A stretch of DNA of 64,000 nt from Malacoraja senta. Its lineage: Eukaryota. A model generated the notes under the pieces. The model was given only the letters and a program-made list of their open reading frames with translations. It did not search any database and was not told the origin of the DNA. The stretch spans positions 62,001 through 126,000 of the forward strand of contig JAXLNO010000575.1 of the NCBI GenBank assembly GCA_038087875.1, written 5' to 3'. This document shows positions 1 to 11,999 of the stretch, piece by piece. Position numbers and translations under genes: made by a program. Positions within the stretch are counted from its first letter, which is position 1, and every line of letters begins with the position of its first letter.

Positions 1-123
1 TCACCTATCCATGTTCTCCACAGATGCTGCCTGACCCGCTGAGTTACTCCACAACTTTCTGTCTACTTTTTCTACAAGCACCTTAATTCCTTGTATCAAC
101 ATCTGTGGTTGGAATGGACAGAC

Positions 124-151
124 GATGTTTCGGGTCGGGACCCTTCTTCAG
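124..151 (-). ncRNA. Minimal type I hammerhead ribozyme-like core in a Penelope-derived repeat
   Basis: Minus strand CUGAAGA-A-GGGUC-CC-GACCC-GAAA-C-AUC. Similar cores at 2918-2945(-), 4408-4435(+), 54362-54389(+), 54649-54675(-), 57108-57135(+) and 57388-57415(+). Confidence 0.55.
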
Positions 152-159
152 ATGTTAGT

Positions 160-650
160 TAGTTAGTTAGTTTATTGTAACGTGCACTGAGGTACTGTGA
201 AAAACGTTTTTGTTGCGTGCTATCCAGTCAGTGGAAAGACTACACATGATTACAATTAAGAGACTAATGTTTAGTCCAGTAAAGTCCAATTAAAGATAGC
301 CTGAGGGTCTCCAATGAGGTAGATGGGAGGTCAGGACCGCTCTCTAGTTGGTGAGAGGACGGTTCAGTTGCCTGATAACAGCTGGAAAGAAACTGTCCCT
401 GAATCCGGAGGTGTGCGTTTTCACACTTTTGTACCTCTTGCCCAATGGGAGAGGGGAGAAGAGGGAGTGACCGGGGTGAGACTGGTCCTTGATTATGCTG
501 CTGGCCTTGCCGAGGCAGCGTGAGGTGTAGATGGAGGCGATAGAAGGGAGGTTGGTTTGTGTGATGGTCTGGGCTGCGTCCACAATTCTCTGCAATTTCT
601 CGCGGTCTTGGATGGAGCTGTTCCCAAACCGTGCTGTGATGTACCCCGAT
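160..650 (-). mobile_element. Rex1/Babar-type LINE 3' fragment
   Basis: ORF 344..595(-) LQRIVDAAQTITQT..LPSI..IYTSRCLGKASSIIKDQSHPGHSLFSPLP..RY..FRDSFFP is the typical Rex1 RT C-terminus; short-repeat tail near 155-175. Confidence 0.75.
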
Positions 651-859
651 GTGACAGAGTTTAACGTAAACGCGAGTGAATAAAAGACTTTACCTGCCAG
701 TTGAAAGGACGCGATCGTCTCTACAAGACACCAAGCCTCAGGAAGACAAAACCAACAGCGTTCAACGAGAAAAATTCATTGCATTTTGGAGAGAGGGGAG
801 AGGTGGAGGGTGAGTCTTCAAGTGAGAGAAAGCAGAAGTGGTTCAACAAATGATGCTGC

Positions 860-2832
860 CTTTATCAATTGTGTAATGAGGAAGGATTAGTTAGCGATCT
901 TGTTGTGCAGAGCCCCTTGGGCAACAGTGAACATAATATGGTGGAACTGCATTAGGATGGAGAGTGACCCGGTTAATTCAGAGACTAGGGTCCTGAACTT
1001 AAAGAAAGGAGACTTTGAAGGCATGAGACGGGAATTGGCTCGGACAGACTGGCAAATTATACTTAAAGGGTTGACGGTGGAGATGCAATGGCAAAGATTT
1101 AAAGACCGCATGCATGAACTCCAGAAATTGTTCATCCCTGTCTGGCGAAAAAATAAAATGGGGAAGGCGGCTGAACCATTGCTGACGAGGGAAGTCAAGG
1201 ATAGTGTTAAATCCAAGGAAGAGGCAGATACATTGGCCAGAGGAAGCAGCAAACCAGAGGACTGGGAGAAATTTCGATCTCAACAGAGGAGGACAAAGGG
1301 GTTAATCAAGAGGGAAAAAAGGGCATGAAAGAAAGTTTGCGGAGAATATAAAAACTGACTGTGAAAGCTTCATTAGATATGGAAAATGGAAAAGATTAGT
1401 GAAGACAAATGTAGGTCCCTTACAGACAGAGACAGGTGAATTTATAATGGGAAACAAGGAAATGGCAGAACAGTTAAACGAGTACTTTGGTTCTGTCTTC
1501 ACTAAGGAAGACACAAACAATCGCCCAGAAATACTAGGGGACCGAGGATCTAGTGGGAGGGAGAAACTGAAGGGAATCCACATTAGTCAGAAAATGGTGT
1601 TAGGTAAACAGTTGGGACTGAAGGCAGATAAATCCCCAGGGCGTGATGGTCTGCATCCCAGAGTACTCGAGGTGGCCCCAGAAATCGTGGATTCATTGGT
1701 GATCATTTTCCAATGTTCTCTTGAATCTGGATCAATTCCTGTGGACTGGAGGGTAGCCAATGTAACTCGACTTTTTAAGAGAGGAGGGAGAGAGAAAACG
1801 GGGAATTATAGACGAGTTAGCCTTACATATGTAGTGGGGAAGATGCTGGAGTCGATTATTAAAGATGTTATAGCAGCGCATTTGGAAAGCAGTGACAGGA
1901 TCGGACAAAGTCAGCATGGATTTATGATGGGGAAATCATGCTTGACTAATCTTCTGGAGTTTGTTGAGGATGTAACAAGTAGAATGGATAAGGGAGAGCC
2001 AGTGGATGTGGTGTATCTGGACTTTTAAAAAGCCTTTGACAAGGTCCCACACTAGAGATTAGTGTGCAAAATTGGAGCATGATATTGTGGGTCGGGTATT
2101 GACATGGATAGAGAACTGGTTGGCAGACAGGAAGCAAAGAGTAGGAATTAACGGATCCTTTTCAGAATGGCAGGCAGTGACTAGTGGAGTGCCGCAAGGC
2201 TCGGTGCTGGGACCCCAGTTGTTTACAACATATATTAACGATTTAGACGAGGGAATTAAATGTGACGTCTCCAAGTTTGCGGATGAGACAAAGCTGGGTG
2301 GCAGTGTGAGCAGTGATGAGGATGCTGTGAGTCTGCAGGGTGACTTGAGTGGTTGAGAGCTTTAATATAACCAATGATCTGTGGTACACCAACCACATTG
2401 TTGCAACAGACAAGAATTCACACCGATGCCTCTACTTCCCCAGGAGACTGACAGATGCAACACACAAAGCATGCTGTTGGGTTGCATCACAGCTTGGTTT
2501 TGGAACAGCTCTGCCCATCATACATAAATAGAACCAAGTACTAAGAATAAGGAGTAAGCCATTTAGAACGGAGATGAGGAAACACTTTTTCACACAGAGA
2601 GTGGTGAGTCTGTGGAATTCTCTGCCTCAGAGGGCGGTGGAGGCCGGTTCTCTGGATACTTTCGAGAGAGAGGTAGAATAGGGCTCTTGAAGATAGCGGA
2701 GTCAGGGGATATGGGGAGAAGGCAGGATCGGGGTACTGATTGGGGATGATCAGCCATGATCACATTGAATGGCGGTGCTGGCTCGAAGGGCCAAATGGCC
2801 TACTCCTGCACCTATTGTCTATTGTCTATTGT
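860..2832 (+). mobile_element. CR1 LINE ORF2 fragments plus 3' end (degenerate; interrupted at ~2350-2540 by Rex1-like sequence)
   Basis: ORFs 900..1328, 1399..2028 and 2072..2356 contain KSPGRDGLHPRVL, QHGFMMGKSCLTNL, VDVVYLDF, SGVPQGSVLGP and KFADET. The 3' end has ggccaaatggcctactcctgcacc followed by a (tattgtc)n tail. Confidence 0.9.
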
Positions 2833-2980
2833 CTTAGTGTGTTCCCATTGAAGGTAGACACAAAATGTTGGAGTAACTCAGCGGGTCAGGCAGCATCTCT
2901 GGAGAGCAGGAATGGGTAACATTTCGGGTCCAGACCCTTCTTCAGACTGAGCGTCAGGGGAGAGGGAGAGATAGAGATAA

Positions 2981-3183
2981 TGTAAAGAGTCCAAACTCAC
3001 ACAGGTTGAAACACAAGCATTTTTATTGTTCAGGTCATTAACTACTAAGCAGGTCATTACACGCTCACACTGCTACTCTAACTGGTAGACAATGGGTAGG
3101 ATCTTACACTATGAATGTTATAATTAGGCAGGGTTATAATTACTAAGCATTCTGATTGGCTTACATGCTATAGCCAATCTACA
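2981..3183 (-). mobile_element. Short solo LTR (TGTA...TACA) with 5-bp TSD
   Basis: Starts tgtaaa and ends tctaca; GATAA flanks both sides (2976-2980, 3184-3188). Removing it restores the host repeat gagatagagataa|tgaagggtaaggtgtg. A polyA-signal-like AATAAA lies on the minus strand near 3021-3026. Confidence 0.6.
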
Positions 3184-3274
3184 GATAATGAAGGGTAAGG
3201 TGTGAAAACGAGAGGTCAAAGGAGACAAATATCAAGGAAATTGTAGAATAGTTCATCGTTAGCTAGGGGAAGGT

Positions 3275-4330
3275 GAAAACCTTCATATGTTTTGTACTAT
3301 TTCACCGATCGGAACAAAACTTATTTGACTTGCAGCAAAGGAGAATGGTGAGTGAGGTGGCAAAAAATCGTAGCGCTATAGGAAATCGTTTTTGCGCATG
3401 GATGGATTTTTGGGCTGACAGCTCAGTCACTAAGGCCTGGTGGGCTGGCAGCTCAGTCACTAAGGCCTGGTGGGCTGGCAGCTCAGTCACTCAGGCCTGG
3501 TGGGCTGGCAACTCAGTCACTCAGGCCTGGTGGGCTGGCAACAGTCACTCAGGCCTGGTGGGCTGGCAGCTCAGAAACTGCCAGAAATTCTGCCCAAAAC
3601 AGGTGAGAGACTGTGGGAGAGAAGGGGTAGAGATTGGAGAATCAATTTTAGACATTTTTCATCTTTTTCTGCAGATCACAGCAATGAAGGAGGATAGTCT
3701 ATCCTGGCCTGGATCTCACAGGGAGCCAATGAAGGGAGGGAGAAAAATACTGGGGTGAGGTTTAATACTTGCAGGAGGAATACTTACTGATGGGCCAAAG
3801 GGACTCCTGGGCTAGTACAGGCCTGATAGGCTGAATGGGCTCTTTTAAAAAAATCAGAGTGAAATCTCAGTGAAAGGCACTTTTTCTGGACTTTTCCTGG
3901 CGTGGCACGGGCCTTTTGAGCCAAAACGCTCCTCCTGGGCTAATACGGGCATTTTGGGCAAAAGGGACTGGTTTCTCGGCTGATAGGGGCCTTGTGGGCC
4001 GAAATTAGTGTTCAGGCAGGCCAAATAACTCATTTCATTTCATTTCCATTTCAATTTCAAGCACAGGGCTGGCGGAACAGCTCATTGCATTTTTATTTCA
4101 TTTCCATTTCCATTGCAGTTTCTAGCACAGGGCTGGCCAAACAGCTCATTGCATTTTCATTTCATTTCCATTGCATTTTCAGTTTCGAGCACAGTGCAGG
4201 CCAAAGAGCTCATTGCAATTTCATTTCTCTTCCATTGCCATTGCAGTTTCAAGCACATCACAGGCCGAAGAGCTCATTGCATTTTCATTTCACTTCCATT
4301 GCCATTGCAATTTCAAGCACAGGGCTCGGG
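3275..4330 (-). repeat. Inverted internal fragment of the putative Helitron family at 31.9-45.9 kb; contains a 30-bp minisatellite (3421-3568, 5 units) and catttc-rich repeats
   Basis: Unit gctcagtcact(a/c)aggcctggtgggctggca. 3570-3710 is the reverse complement of ~45470-45620, and 4030-4325 resembles the reverse complement of the 32450-32800 repeats. Confidence 0.65.
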
Positions 4331-4467
4331 ATTCTTAGAAATTCTAATCTGTCCTTTACACACCTTGCCCTTCCATATCTCTAGACTCCCTCTCCCCGAC
4401 TCTCAGTCTGAAGAAGGGTCTCAACCCGAAATGTCATCCATTCCTTCTCTCCAGAGATGCTGCCTGT

Positions 4468-4716
4468 CAATAGACAATAGACAATAGGTGCAGGAGTAGG
4501 CCATTTGGCCCTTCGCGCCAGCACCACCATTCAATGCGATCATGGCTGATCATCTCCAATCAGTACCCCGTTCCTGCCTTCTCCCCATATCCCCTGACTC
4601 CGCTATCTTTAAGAACCCTATCTGGCTCTCTCTTGTAAGTATCCAGAGAGCCGGCCTCCACCACCCTCTGAGGCAGAGAATTCCATAGACTCCCAACTCT
4701 CTGTGTGAAAAAGTGT
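4468..4716 (-). mobile_element. CR1 LINE 3' end fragment
   Basis: aatagacaatagacaataggtgcaggagtaggccatt is the reverse-complement CR1 tail and matches 2540-2830. Confidence 0.8.
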
Positions 4717-4875
4717 GGAGCCTCTCTAGTTGCAGCAAGCAGTAAGGTTGCCTATTGCTTGCTCCCTTAACTTTTAACCCTTTCCTACCACTCTTTCAAT
4801 ATTACTTGATTTCAAGACACGGAATAACTCTTTTTAAAAGTGTTGATAACACTTTTATACATTTCAACCAAACAA

Positions 4876-7203
4876 ATGATGGAGACAAGAGGAAAAAAAG
4901 GTTCTCCAAGAAAAGATTGTGGTGAAGGCATGGCATCTGTTCCCAGTACGTTAGAAGCAATAGCGAAACTGAGTGATAAACTGGATAAGAGATTCGGCGG
5001 CTTGGAAGCAATGATGAAAGAAGTTGGAAACAAGTTGGAAGAAGTTGAAAACAAGCTGACTGTGTTACAAACTGAGTCTCGCGAACAGAAGGAACAAATT
5101 GCTAATTTGCTAAACCTGGGTTAGGAAAGAGATGCGAAGATTGCTGCATTGGAATGAAAAATGACCGAGAACTCCCATGCATTCGAACAGTACAAGATTT
5201 AAAATATGGACCTGGAAAATAGAAGCCGTCGGCAGAATCTGTGAATTGTTGGTCTGCCTGAAGGTCGGGAAGGTGACAATGCTGTTAAATATGTTTCTAG
5301 AATGTTAAGGACACTTTCGGCGCCGAGCAGTTTGGAGATCTGCCAATTTTGGATAGCGCACGTAGGGTTGGGAAAAAACCCGGTCCCGGAGACAAACCAA
5401 GACATTTGATTGTTTGGTTCCACTTTTTGCAGATGATACCCTCCGATCAGCATTCCAGAATGATACCCTCCGATCTGCAAGAAGATTGGGCATGATCGAA
5501 TTTGAAGACTGCAAGTTTCGTATTTTACCTGACTACAGCCGTGAACTTATGGGACTAAGATTGCCTTTCTATAAGGTAAGAAGCAGCTACGCCCTGCCCT
5601 GCTCTATCCAGCCAGATTGCGAATACAACCCCCTGATGGTAACATTCAGTTCTTCAACAACCCGCAAGAAGCTTCTCGTTTTCTGGAGGTGTATAAACTT
5701 TATATTGTTTTCTCTGCCGGTAACCCTTGAACTTATAGTCTACTGAGTAGTTTATACATTGCTCCCGGCATTGCTATGACTGGGGGTGGACAGTGTTTAT
5801 TGTGTCCCCCCTCGAGCTGCGATGAGGACTGCTGAGAGTCGGTTGAGTTACAATCCGAGATCTCTTACTCTTAATTTGACAACATAATGCTTTCTCACTC
5901 TTGGATGTTTATTATGATTTTATAATTTAGTTTTCCTCCTTCTCTTACTATTATAGTTATCCTTTTTTAAATTGTTTGATTTTGTAAACGATTAAGAATT
6001 TAACTTGAGTTATTTTTTACTATTTTTCGGAACATTAACATGATGGTATCATACCTTAACTTTTAAGTTCTCTAAGATATTGTTATTTTTTGGAATATTA
6101 ATATGATGGTATTATACTTTAACTTTGAAGATTTTTAAGATATTGTTTTTAAAAAATTTTTAATGACCCGCTTTTGTTTGTTTTTTAGATTAAGTAAGAA
6201 TTTATTTCGGTAACTGATTTTTTGAATAACATTACGACTGTTTTGGATCTTATTTTTGCTAGATTTTCCATTTTCAAAATGTCTTCCGAAGGTTCTTCTT
6301 TCTTTCTTTAGAAAAACAATACGGAGCAGTCTTTGTTTCTCACAGCTTGCATGTATTTTCTAACCATAATATAAATTTGTTTTGACTAATGAGTGGTAAA
6401 TTGGCTTGTATTCACTGGAGTTTAGAAGGATGAGGGGGGATCTTATAGAAACATAAAATTATAAAAGGACTGGACAAGCTGGATGCAGGAAAAATGTTCC
6501 CAATGTTGGGCGAGTCCAGAACCAGGGGCCACAGTCTTAGAATAAAGGGGAGGTCATTTAAGACTGAGGTGAGAAAAAACGTTTTCACCCAGTGAGTAGT
6601 GAATTTATGGAATTCCATGCCAAAGAGGGCAGTGGAGACCAAGTCACTGGATGGATTTAAGAGAGTTAGATAGAGCTCTAAGGGCTAGTGGAGTCAAGGG
6701 ATATGGGGAGAAGGCAGGCACCGGTTATTGATAGGGGACGATCAGCCATGATCACAATGAATGGCGGTGCTGGCTCGAAGGGCCGAATATCCTCCTCCTG
6801 CACCTATTTTCTAAATATACCATTCCTCTACTTTTGGAGCTGTTACTAGAGAGATGGGGTTGGGAAGGGTTAGGTAGCGTACTGACTGTCTACTGGTCAG
6901 TTTCGGGCTTTGCGTGGGTGGGGGTGGGGACTTTTGCTTTTAGTTTAGTTTTTTCTATCTGGGCTGTATTAGAACTACAAAAATGTCTGAAATATCGTCA
7001 CTTCCGGCTCCGCCTTAGATTCTTCTCCTTCCAGTCCCATGAATTACTGTGGTCTACGAAATTAACCCTTTACATTCCACATGATTTTTACAAGCAATAT
7101 GGATAAAGTTACTAATTTTCTCTCATGGAATGCTAATGGTTTGAACCATCCCATTAAGAGGAAAAAAATCGTTAACGTTTTTCGTAGACTAAATGCTCAG
7201 ATT
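4876..7203 (+). mobile_element. L1/Tx1-clade LINE copy A: degenerate ORF1, AT-rich spacer and start of ORF2 endonuclease, cut off by the DIRS element
   Basis: Coiled-coil ORF 4840..5124; DLENRSRRQNL*IVGLPEGRE (~5209-5270); FRILPDYSREL; ORF2 start MDKVTNFLSWNANGLNHPIKRKK at 7099. Confidence 0.85.
6400..6813 (+). mobile_element. CR1 3' fragment inserted in the L1 spacer
   Basis: ttgtattcactggagtttagaagg...accaggggccacagtcttagaataaag...gcacctattttct. Confidence 0.8.
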
Positions 7204-7416
7204 TTACTTCGGAGTCACGTGAGTGACTATGTGAAGAGCCCGTCCAGCACGCATGCGCGACATTAGCGTTCACGCAGTGCAACAGCGACGATCGGGAGTA
7301 CAGGCGCTCCCGCTACACGTCGGTGGAAAATAAACAGTGGACCATCAGGTAAGTCTTACTCTGAGGTCGTAATCAGCAAGCTGTGCTCTGCTCTGTATTC
7401 CAGGGGAACTGGGAAA

Positions 7417-8645
7417 ATGAGTAGCACGGCAAAGGAGAAAACCGCCCCCCGTTCGACTCCAACAGAACGGGAGTGTTCCATCAGTGGGGGGCGAGAGGCG
7501 GCACCTGGACCGCATATGCTGCGGTCCACCCTCATCGAGACCGAGCCGAGCCCAATCCCGCTAGCGCAGCCTGACCAACATCAGCGGGCTGGAGGCAAAT
7601 CAAGGCAAAACATACCGGCCGGTTATGTCTCACTCCGATGAGGAGGCTCTCCGCCTTAGAGCGGCAGAGCTAGCTGCCTGAGCCGCATGGAAAGGCTCAT
7701 GGAGCAAATGCTCCAGCGAGACTTGCTTCGGGAGCTGGAGCAGTCTCGCCAAGGGAACTCAGGCACTCCCACATCAGTGCTCTACAATGCACTGGCCATC
7801 GCTTTCCCCTCAAAGCAGGGCAGCGTTGGGAACCAGGGCTGGGCTGGTCAGGAACAGGGGTCATTGGCTGAAGATGTCGGGAGTACGCTTGGGGTACAGG
7901 ATCAGGAAGAGCTGCTGGGTGTGGAGATTCGCTACGTGGTTACACCACGAGCAGGGCGGCCGTTGCAGCCAAAACTGGCGGCCAGCATTAACCACCTGTC
8001 CCTCAAACCCCTACAAGACAGGTACTTAATGAGGCACTAGAGCTGGAAAACTGCAGTTCGCTCAATGTACCGGCTGTTAACAGCCAAATCTGGGGGGGGG
8101 GGGGGGTATGTGGGACAGAGTATCCGGAACCAGGAGCTAAAATCCTCAAGCTCCTGACGACAGGGATAACAGCCTATGCTCGTTCCGTGGATGGGGTGGA
8201 TATGACCACAAACCAGCAAGACACTCTGGCTCTGCTGTGCAACACCCAATATGAGATAAACAACCTCCGCAAGGAGAGAATAAGACCTGCCCTCAATCCC
8301 AGGTTTGCAGGACAGTGTAAAACACCGGCCTCAGAGCCGCAGATCCTGTTATTTGGAAGGGCAAGTGAAAGACCTGGAGGAGAGTCCAAAGCATTTGGCC
8401 TCATGAGGGCAGGCCCCGGAACGAGCAGACCCACACTAAAAACCAGACGCAGTACCCCACCGCGTCCACCAGTCGAGGTCAAATTTATGGAACTGGTGAA
8501 AGCTCGGGGTCCGCATATTATCCCCGAAAGCCTTTTTAGGCCAGGGCCCAGAGCGGACCCCATGGAAAATGCGCCACCCCCAATCAACGGTACATCCAGC
8601 AGTACTATGACGGATGAACAAACGGAAGAAGGAACACTACCATAA
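7417..8645 (+). pseudogene. DIRS gag-like ORF (frameshifted)
   Basis: ORF pieces 7417..7641, 7687..8040 and 8187..8645 (DTLALLCNTQYEINNLRKERIRPALNPRF...LLFG), lying upstream of RT. Confidence 0.65.
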
Positions 8646-8699
8646 CTATGGAGGTAGGTGGGTCTGGTTCCTACCAGCATGTAAAAATGGGGGAACTGT

Positions 8700-10560
8700 A
8701 CTAACAGGGGGGAGATTACACCTGTTCATTGAAGGATGGAGGTGTCTCACGAATGATAGTTATATACTTAACAGTATTCGGGGATACAAAATAGAGTTCA
8801 TTCAAGAAAACATGCCACCAGTTCAGCCCGTACCCCAAAGTGTCTTTACCCTCTCAGTCAAAGAGAACTAGAGGCTCAAGCAGAACTGGTGAGGTTACTT
8901 ACAAAGGGTGTCATTGAGAAATCCAAACATGAACCTTTGGAATTTGTCTCAAATATATTTACCAAAAGCAAAAAAGATGGTGGATGTCGCATCATCATTG
9001 ACTTAACCTCACTAAATACCTTTGTTAAGTATGTACATTTCAAAATGGAAACATTTGTAACCGCTAAACAACTGATTTCCAAAGGATACTTTATGGCAAG
9101 CATTGATTTAAAAGATGCCTACTATTCAGTACCCATTCACAAGGGTCATCGCAGATACCTGAAAATTTACCTGGATGGGGCAACTATGGCAGTATAAAGT
9201 GTTGCCTAATGGGTTGACATCAGCCCTAGACTATTTACCAAGATATTAAAACCAGCCTTGGCAACATTAACGAAACAAAGACATATTGTCATGGCATATC
9301 TTGATGATATCCTAATAGTAGGCAAAACCATGGAGTTGGCTAAATCAGCTGTGTTAGCTACCAAACAATTGTTTGAAACCCTGGGTTTGTCATACATCCA
9401 GATAAATCTAAGTTGACGCCATCCACAACTATGGACTATCTGGGATTCACAATTAACTCAATCCACATGTCTGTAACGTTGCCAAAAGGTAAAGCAGCAG
9501 AATCGGCACAGATGTGCAACAATTTAATGGTAAGCAATCGACCAACCATCCGACAAGTGGCAAGAGTAATTGGCAAAATGGTAGCAGCATTTTCAGCTAC
9601 ACAATTTGGACTCCTGCACTATCAGCACCTACAAAGGGCAAAAGTACAAGCGTTGAAACGACATGCAGGTCACTTTGACCGAACCATGAAACTACCCATT
9701 GAAGCAATATCAGAGTTACAATGGTGGATATAACACATTTGGCATAGTTCCAGCCCTATCATCATCAATAACCCAATGTTAACTATACAAACAGATGCCA
9801 GTGCTCAAGGCTGGGGAGCAACTAATACCATATCCAGCACAGGTGGTAGATGGACTAACCTAGACTCATCTTTACTACAAACACTGGGCACAAATTATTT
9901 GGAAATGTTGGGTGCATTTTATGGTTTTAAAGCATATTCTAGGAATATGCACAACTTGCATGTTCATTTACAAATTGATAATATCACGGTGGTGGCCTAT
10001 ATTAACCATATGGGCGGAATAAAATCGATATCATGTGACAATTGGGTCAACACAATCTGGTAATGGTGGGTCGATAGACATATTTGGCTATCAGCAACTT
10101 ACCTACCAGGTAAGCTAAATACAGTGCCAGGTCACGCAAATTCAATGATAAACACCGAATGGATGTTAAATCCTAGAGCTTTTGCTAAAATTACAAACCA
10201 ATATGGCACACCAGATATCGATCTCTTTGAATCCAGACTAAATCACCACGTACCAATGTATGTCCCTTGGGAACCACACCCTGAGGCAGCAGCGATAGAT
10301 GCATTCGCGCTGAACTGGGGGACCTATTTCTTCTATGCTTTTCCCCCTTCTGCCTTAATCTGTAGGGTACTACACAAAATACAGATGGACTCTGCTTCAG
10401 GTATTTTGATAGTACCAACTGGCCTACACAGCCATGGTTCCCAGTGGTCCTCGACATGGTCATCGAAACTCCTATGACCTTTCCCAGTAGCCCAGACCTA
10501 TTGACGCACCCTGTATCAGGCATAAGTCATCCATGCCATGACAAAATTAACCTACTGGGT
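8700..10560 (+). pseudogene. DIRS reverse transcriptase / RNase H / Dam-like methyltransferase ORF (frameshifted)
   Basis: GGRLHLFIEGW; KKDGGCRIIIDL..LN; FKMET; SIDLKDAYYSVPIH; AYLDDILI (~9294-9317); RNase H TDASAQGWG, NYLEM, IDNITVVAYINHMGG; MT EWMLNP..IDLF..DAF..W..YAFPP. Confidence 0.9.
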
Positions 10561-11518
10561 TGCAGATTATCAAAAGACCACTGCTGGGACTGGGATTGTC
10601 TGACAGGACCATCAACATGATGACACCGTATGTCCACCAGGAAACAATACCTATCGAGCATCAGGAAGTGGGAAAGATACTGCTCGACTACTGGGACAAC
10701 GTACTCATCTGCAACCATAACCAATGTACTGGAGTTCCTGGGGGCCTTCACCATAATGAAGGATTGAGCTACAGCGCCATCAATACTGCCAGTCGTGCGC
10801 TGTCAGCCTACTTAAAACAGGTGCCAGGACAGCAGGCCATAGGGTCTCACCCGCTGGTGATCAAACTCATGAGGAGTATCGTCAACTCCAACCTCTTAGA
10901 CCTAGGTATACCCAAATCTGGGATGTCAGTGTGGTCCTGACATACCTAAGGGGATGGTCCCCAGCCAGGTCTCTCACCCTTGAATGGCTAACCCTGAAAA
11001 CGGTCATGCTGATGCCACTAGTCTCAGCAGAAAGAGTCCAGTCCCTCCACTTACTGCGACTGGACAACATGGTTATAACACCAGACCGGGTCTCATTCAC
11101 CATTCAGGAGCTGCTAAAGCAGAGCAAGCCAGGAACTTGAGTCCTAGTTATGGATTTCCGGGCATACCCACCTGACCTACGGTTGTGTGTCATGACTCAC
11201 TTATTCACTTACATCAACACAACAAGAGATTCTCGAGGGAGAGGAAGAAAAAAAAAGAAGAAAAAAAAAAGCCTTATAGGTCAGCCACAAGAAACCTCAT
11301 GTTGGGTGTCGAGCCAAACCATCTCGAGATGGCTCAAGCAGGTACTGGGACCTGCTGGAGTAGATACTGATGTATATACATCTCACTCCACCAGGGCAGC
11401 ATCCACATCGGCGGCTAAAAGAATGAACATGGAGAAACGTTCCAACGTTCTACCACAAGCCGTTAGCAGAACCTGTGTTATTTGCAGAAAGAGTTTTAAA
11501 ATCTGCAAAAATATATAA
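10560..11518 (+). pseudogene. DIRS tyrosine recombinase (frameshifted)
   Basis: GLSYSAINTASRALSAY; LKTVMLMPLVSAERVQSLHLL (catalytic R region); SQTISRWLKQVL..AGVD..YTSHSTRAASTS (HxxR). Confidence 0.88.
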
Positions 11519-11999
11519 TTTAAGCGGAGCATTTTGTCTTTTGTTATTGTTTAATAGATACCATTATTGTTTGATTACGATAACATACTTTCCTCCCTTG
11601 AATGACTTCGGCAGCGAGTGAAGTATGAACTGTTACACGGTTTGAAATCACAGAGCTTTAAAATCTTCACGTAGTCACTTACGTGACTCCGAAGTAAAAT
11701 AGTAAGATTAAACGAGAACTTACCAGTTTGAAGTTTGATCTGTATTTTATGAGGAGTTACGATGAGGGATTACAGTGCCCTCCGCTCCCACCCTCAATTA
11801 TAGATCAACTGGTATCTTAGTTCTCCTTTTCTTTACTATGTTTATTTCAATTATTGTGTTTCCTGTGATTCCACACCGCTGCTTTGAAGAATGTCATGCA
11901 TGCGTGCTGGACGGGCTCTTCACGTAATCCCTCATCGTAACTCCTCATAAAATACAGATCAAACTTCAAACTGGTAAGTTCTCGTTTAATCTTACTATT

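Larger units (their letters stand above)
7201..11999 (+). mobile_element. DIRS1-type tyrosine-recombinase retrotransposon, near full length but degenerate
   Basis: Left terminus ATTttacttcggagtcacg. Right ITR 11890-11926 is the reverse complement of 7228-7264. ICR 11665-11773 is complementary to both 7201-7236 and 11924-11999. ATT trinucleotide at both ends; gag, RT/RNaseH/MT and YR ORF fragments in order. Confidence 0.93.

Noticed and set aside
650..860. Apparently unique sequence with a possible minus-strand splice donor (cag|gtaaag near 688-696)
   Set aside because: No recognisable ORF or partner exon, so an exon call cannot be supported
3421..3568. Regular 30-bp repeats (also 44400-44740 and 58643-58835) resembling a CRISPR array
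   Set aside because: Head-to-tail units with no unique spacers, no cas genes and a eukaryotic context; these are minisatellites
11243..11270. Poly-Lys (KKKKKKK) in the DIRS recombinase as a nuclear localisation signal
   Set aside because: An A-run expansion at a frameshift in a decayed ORF
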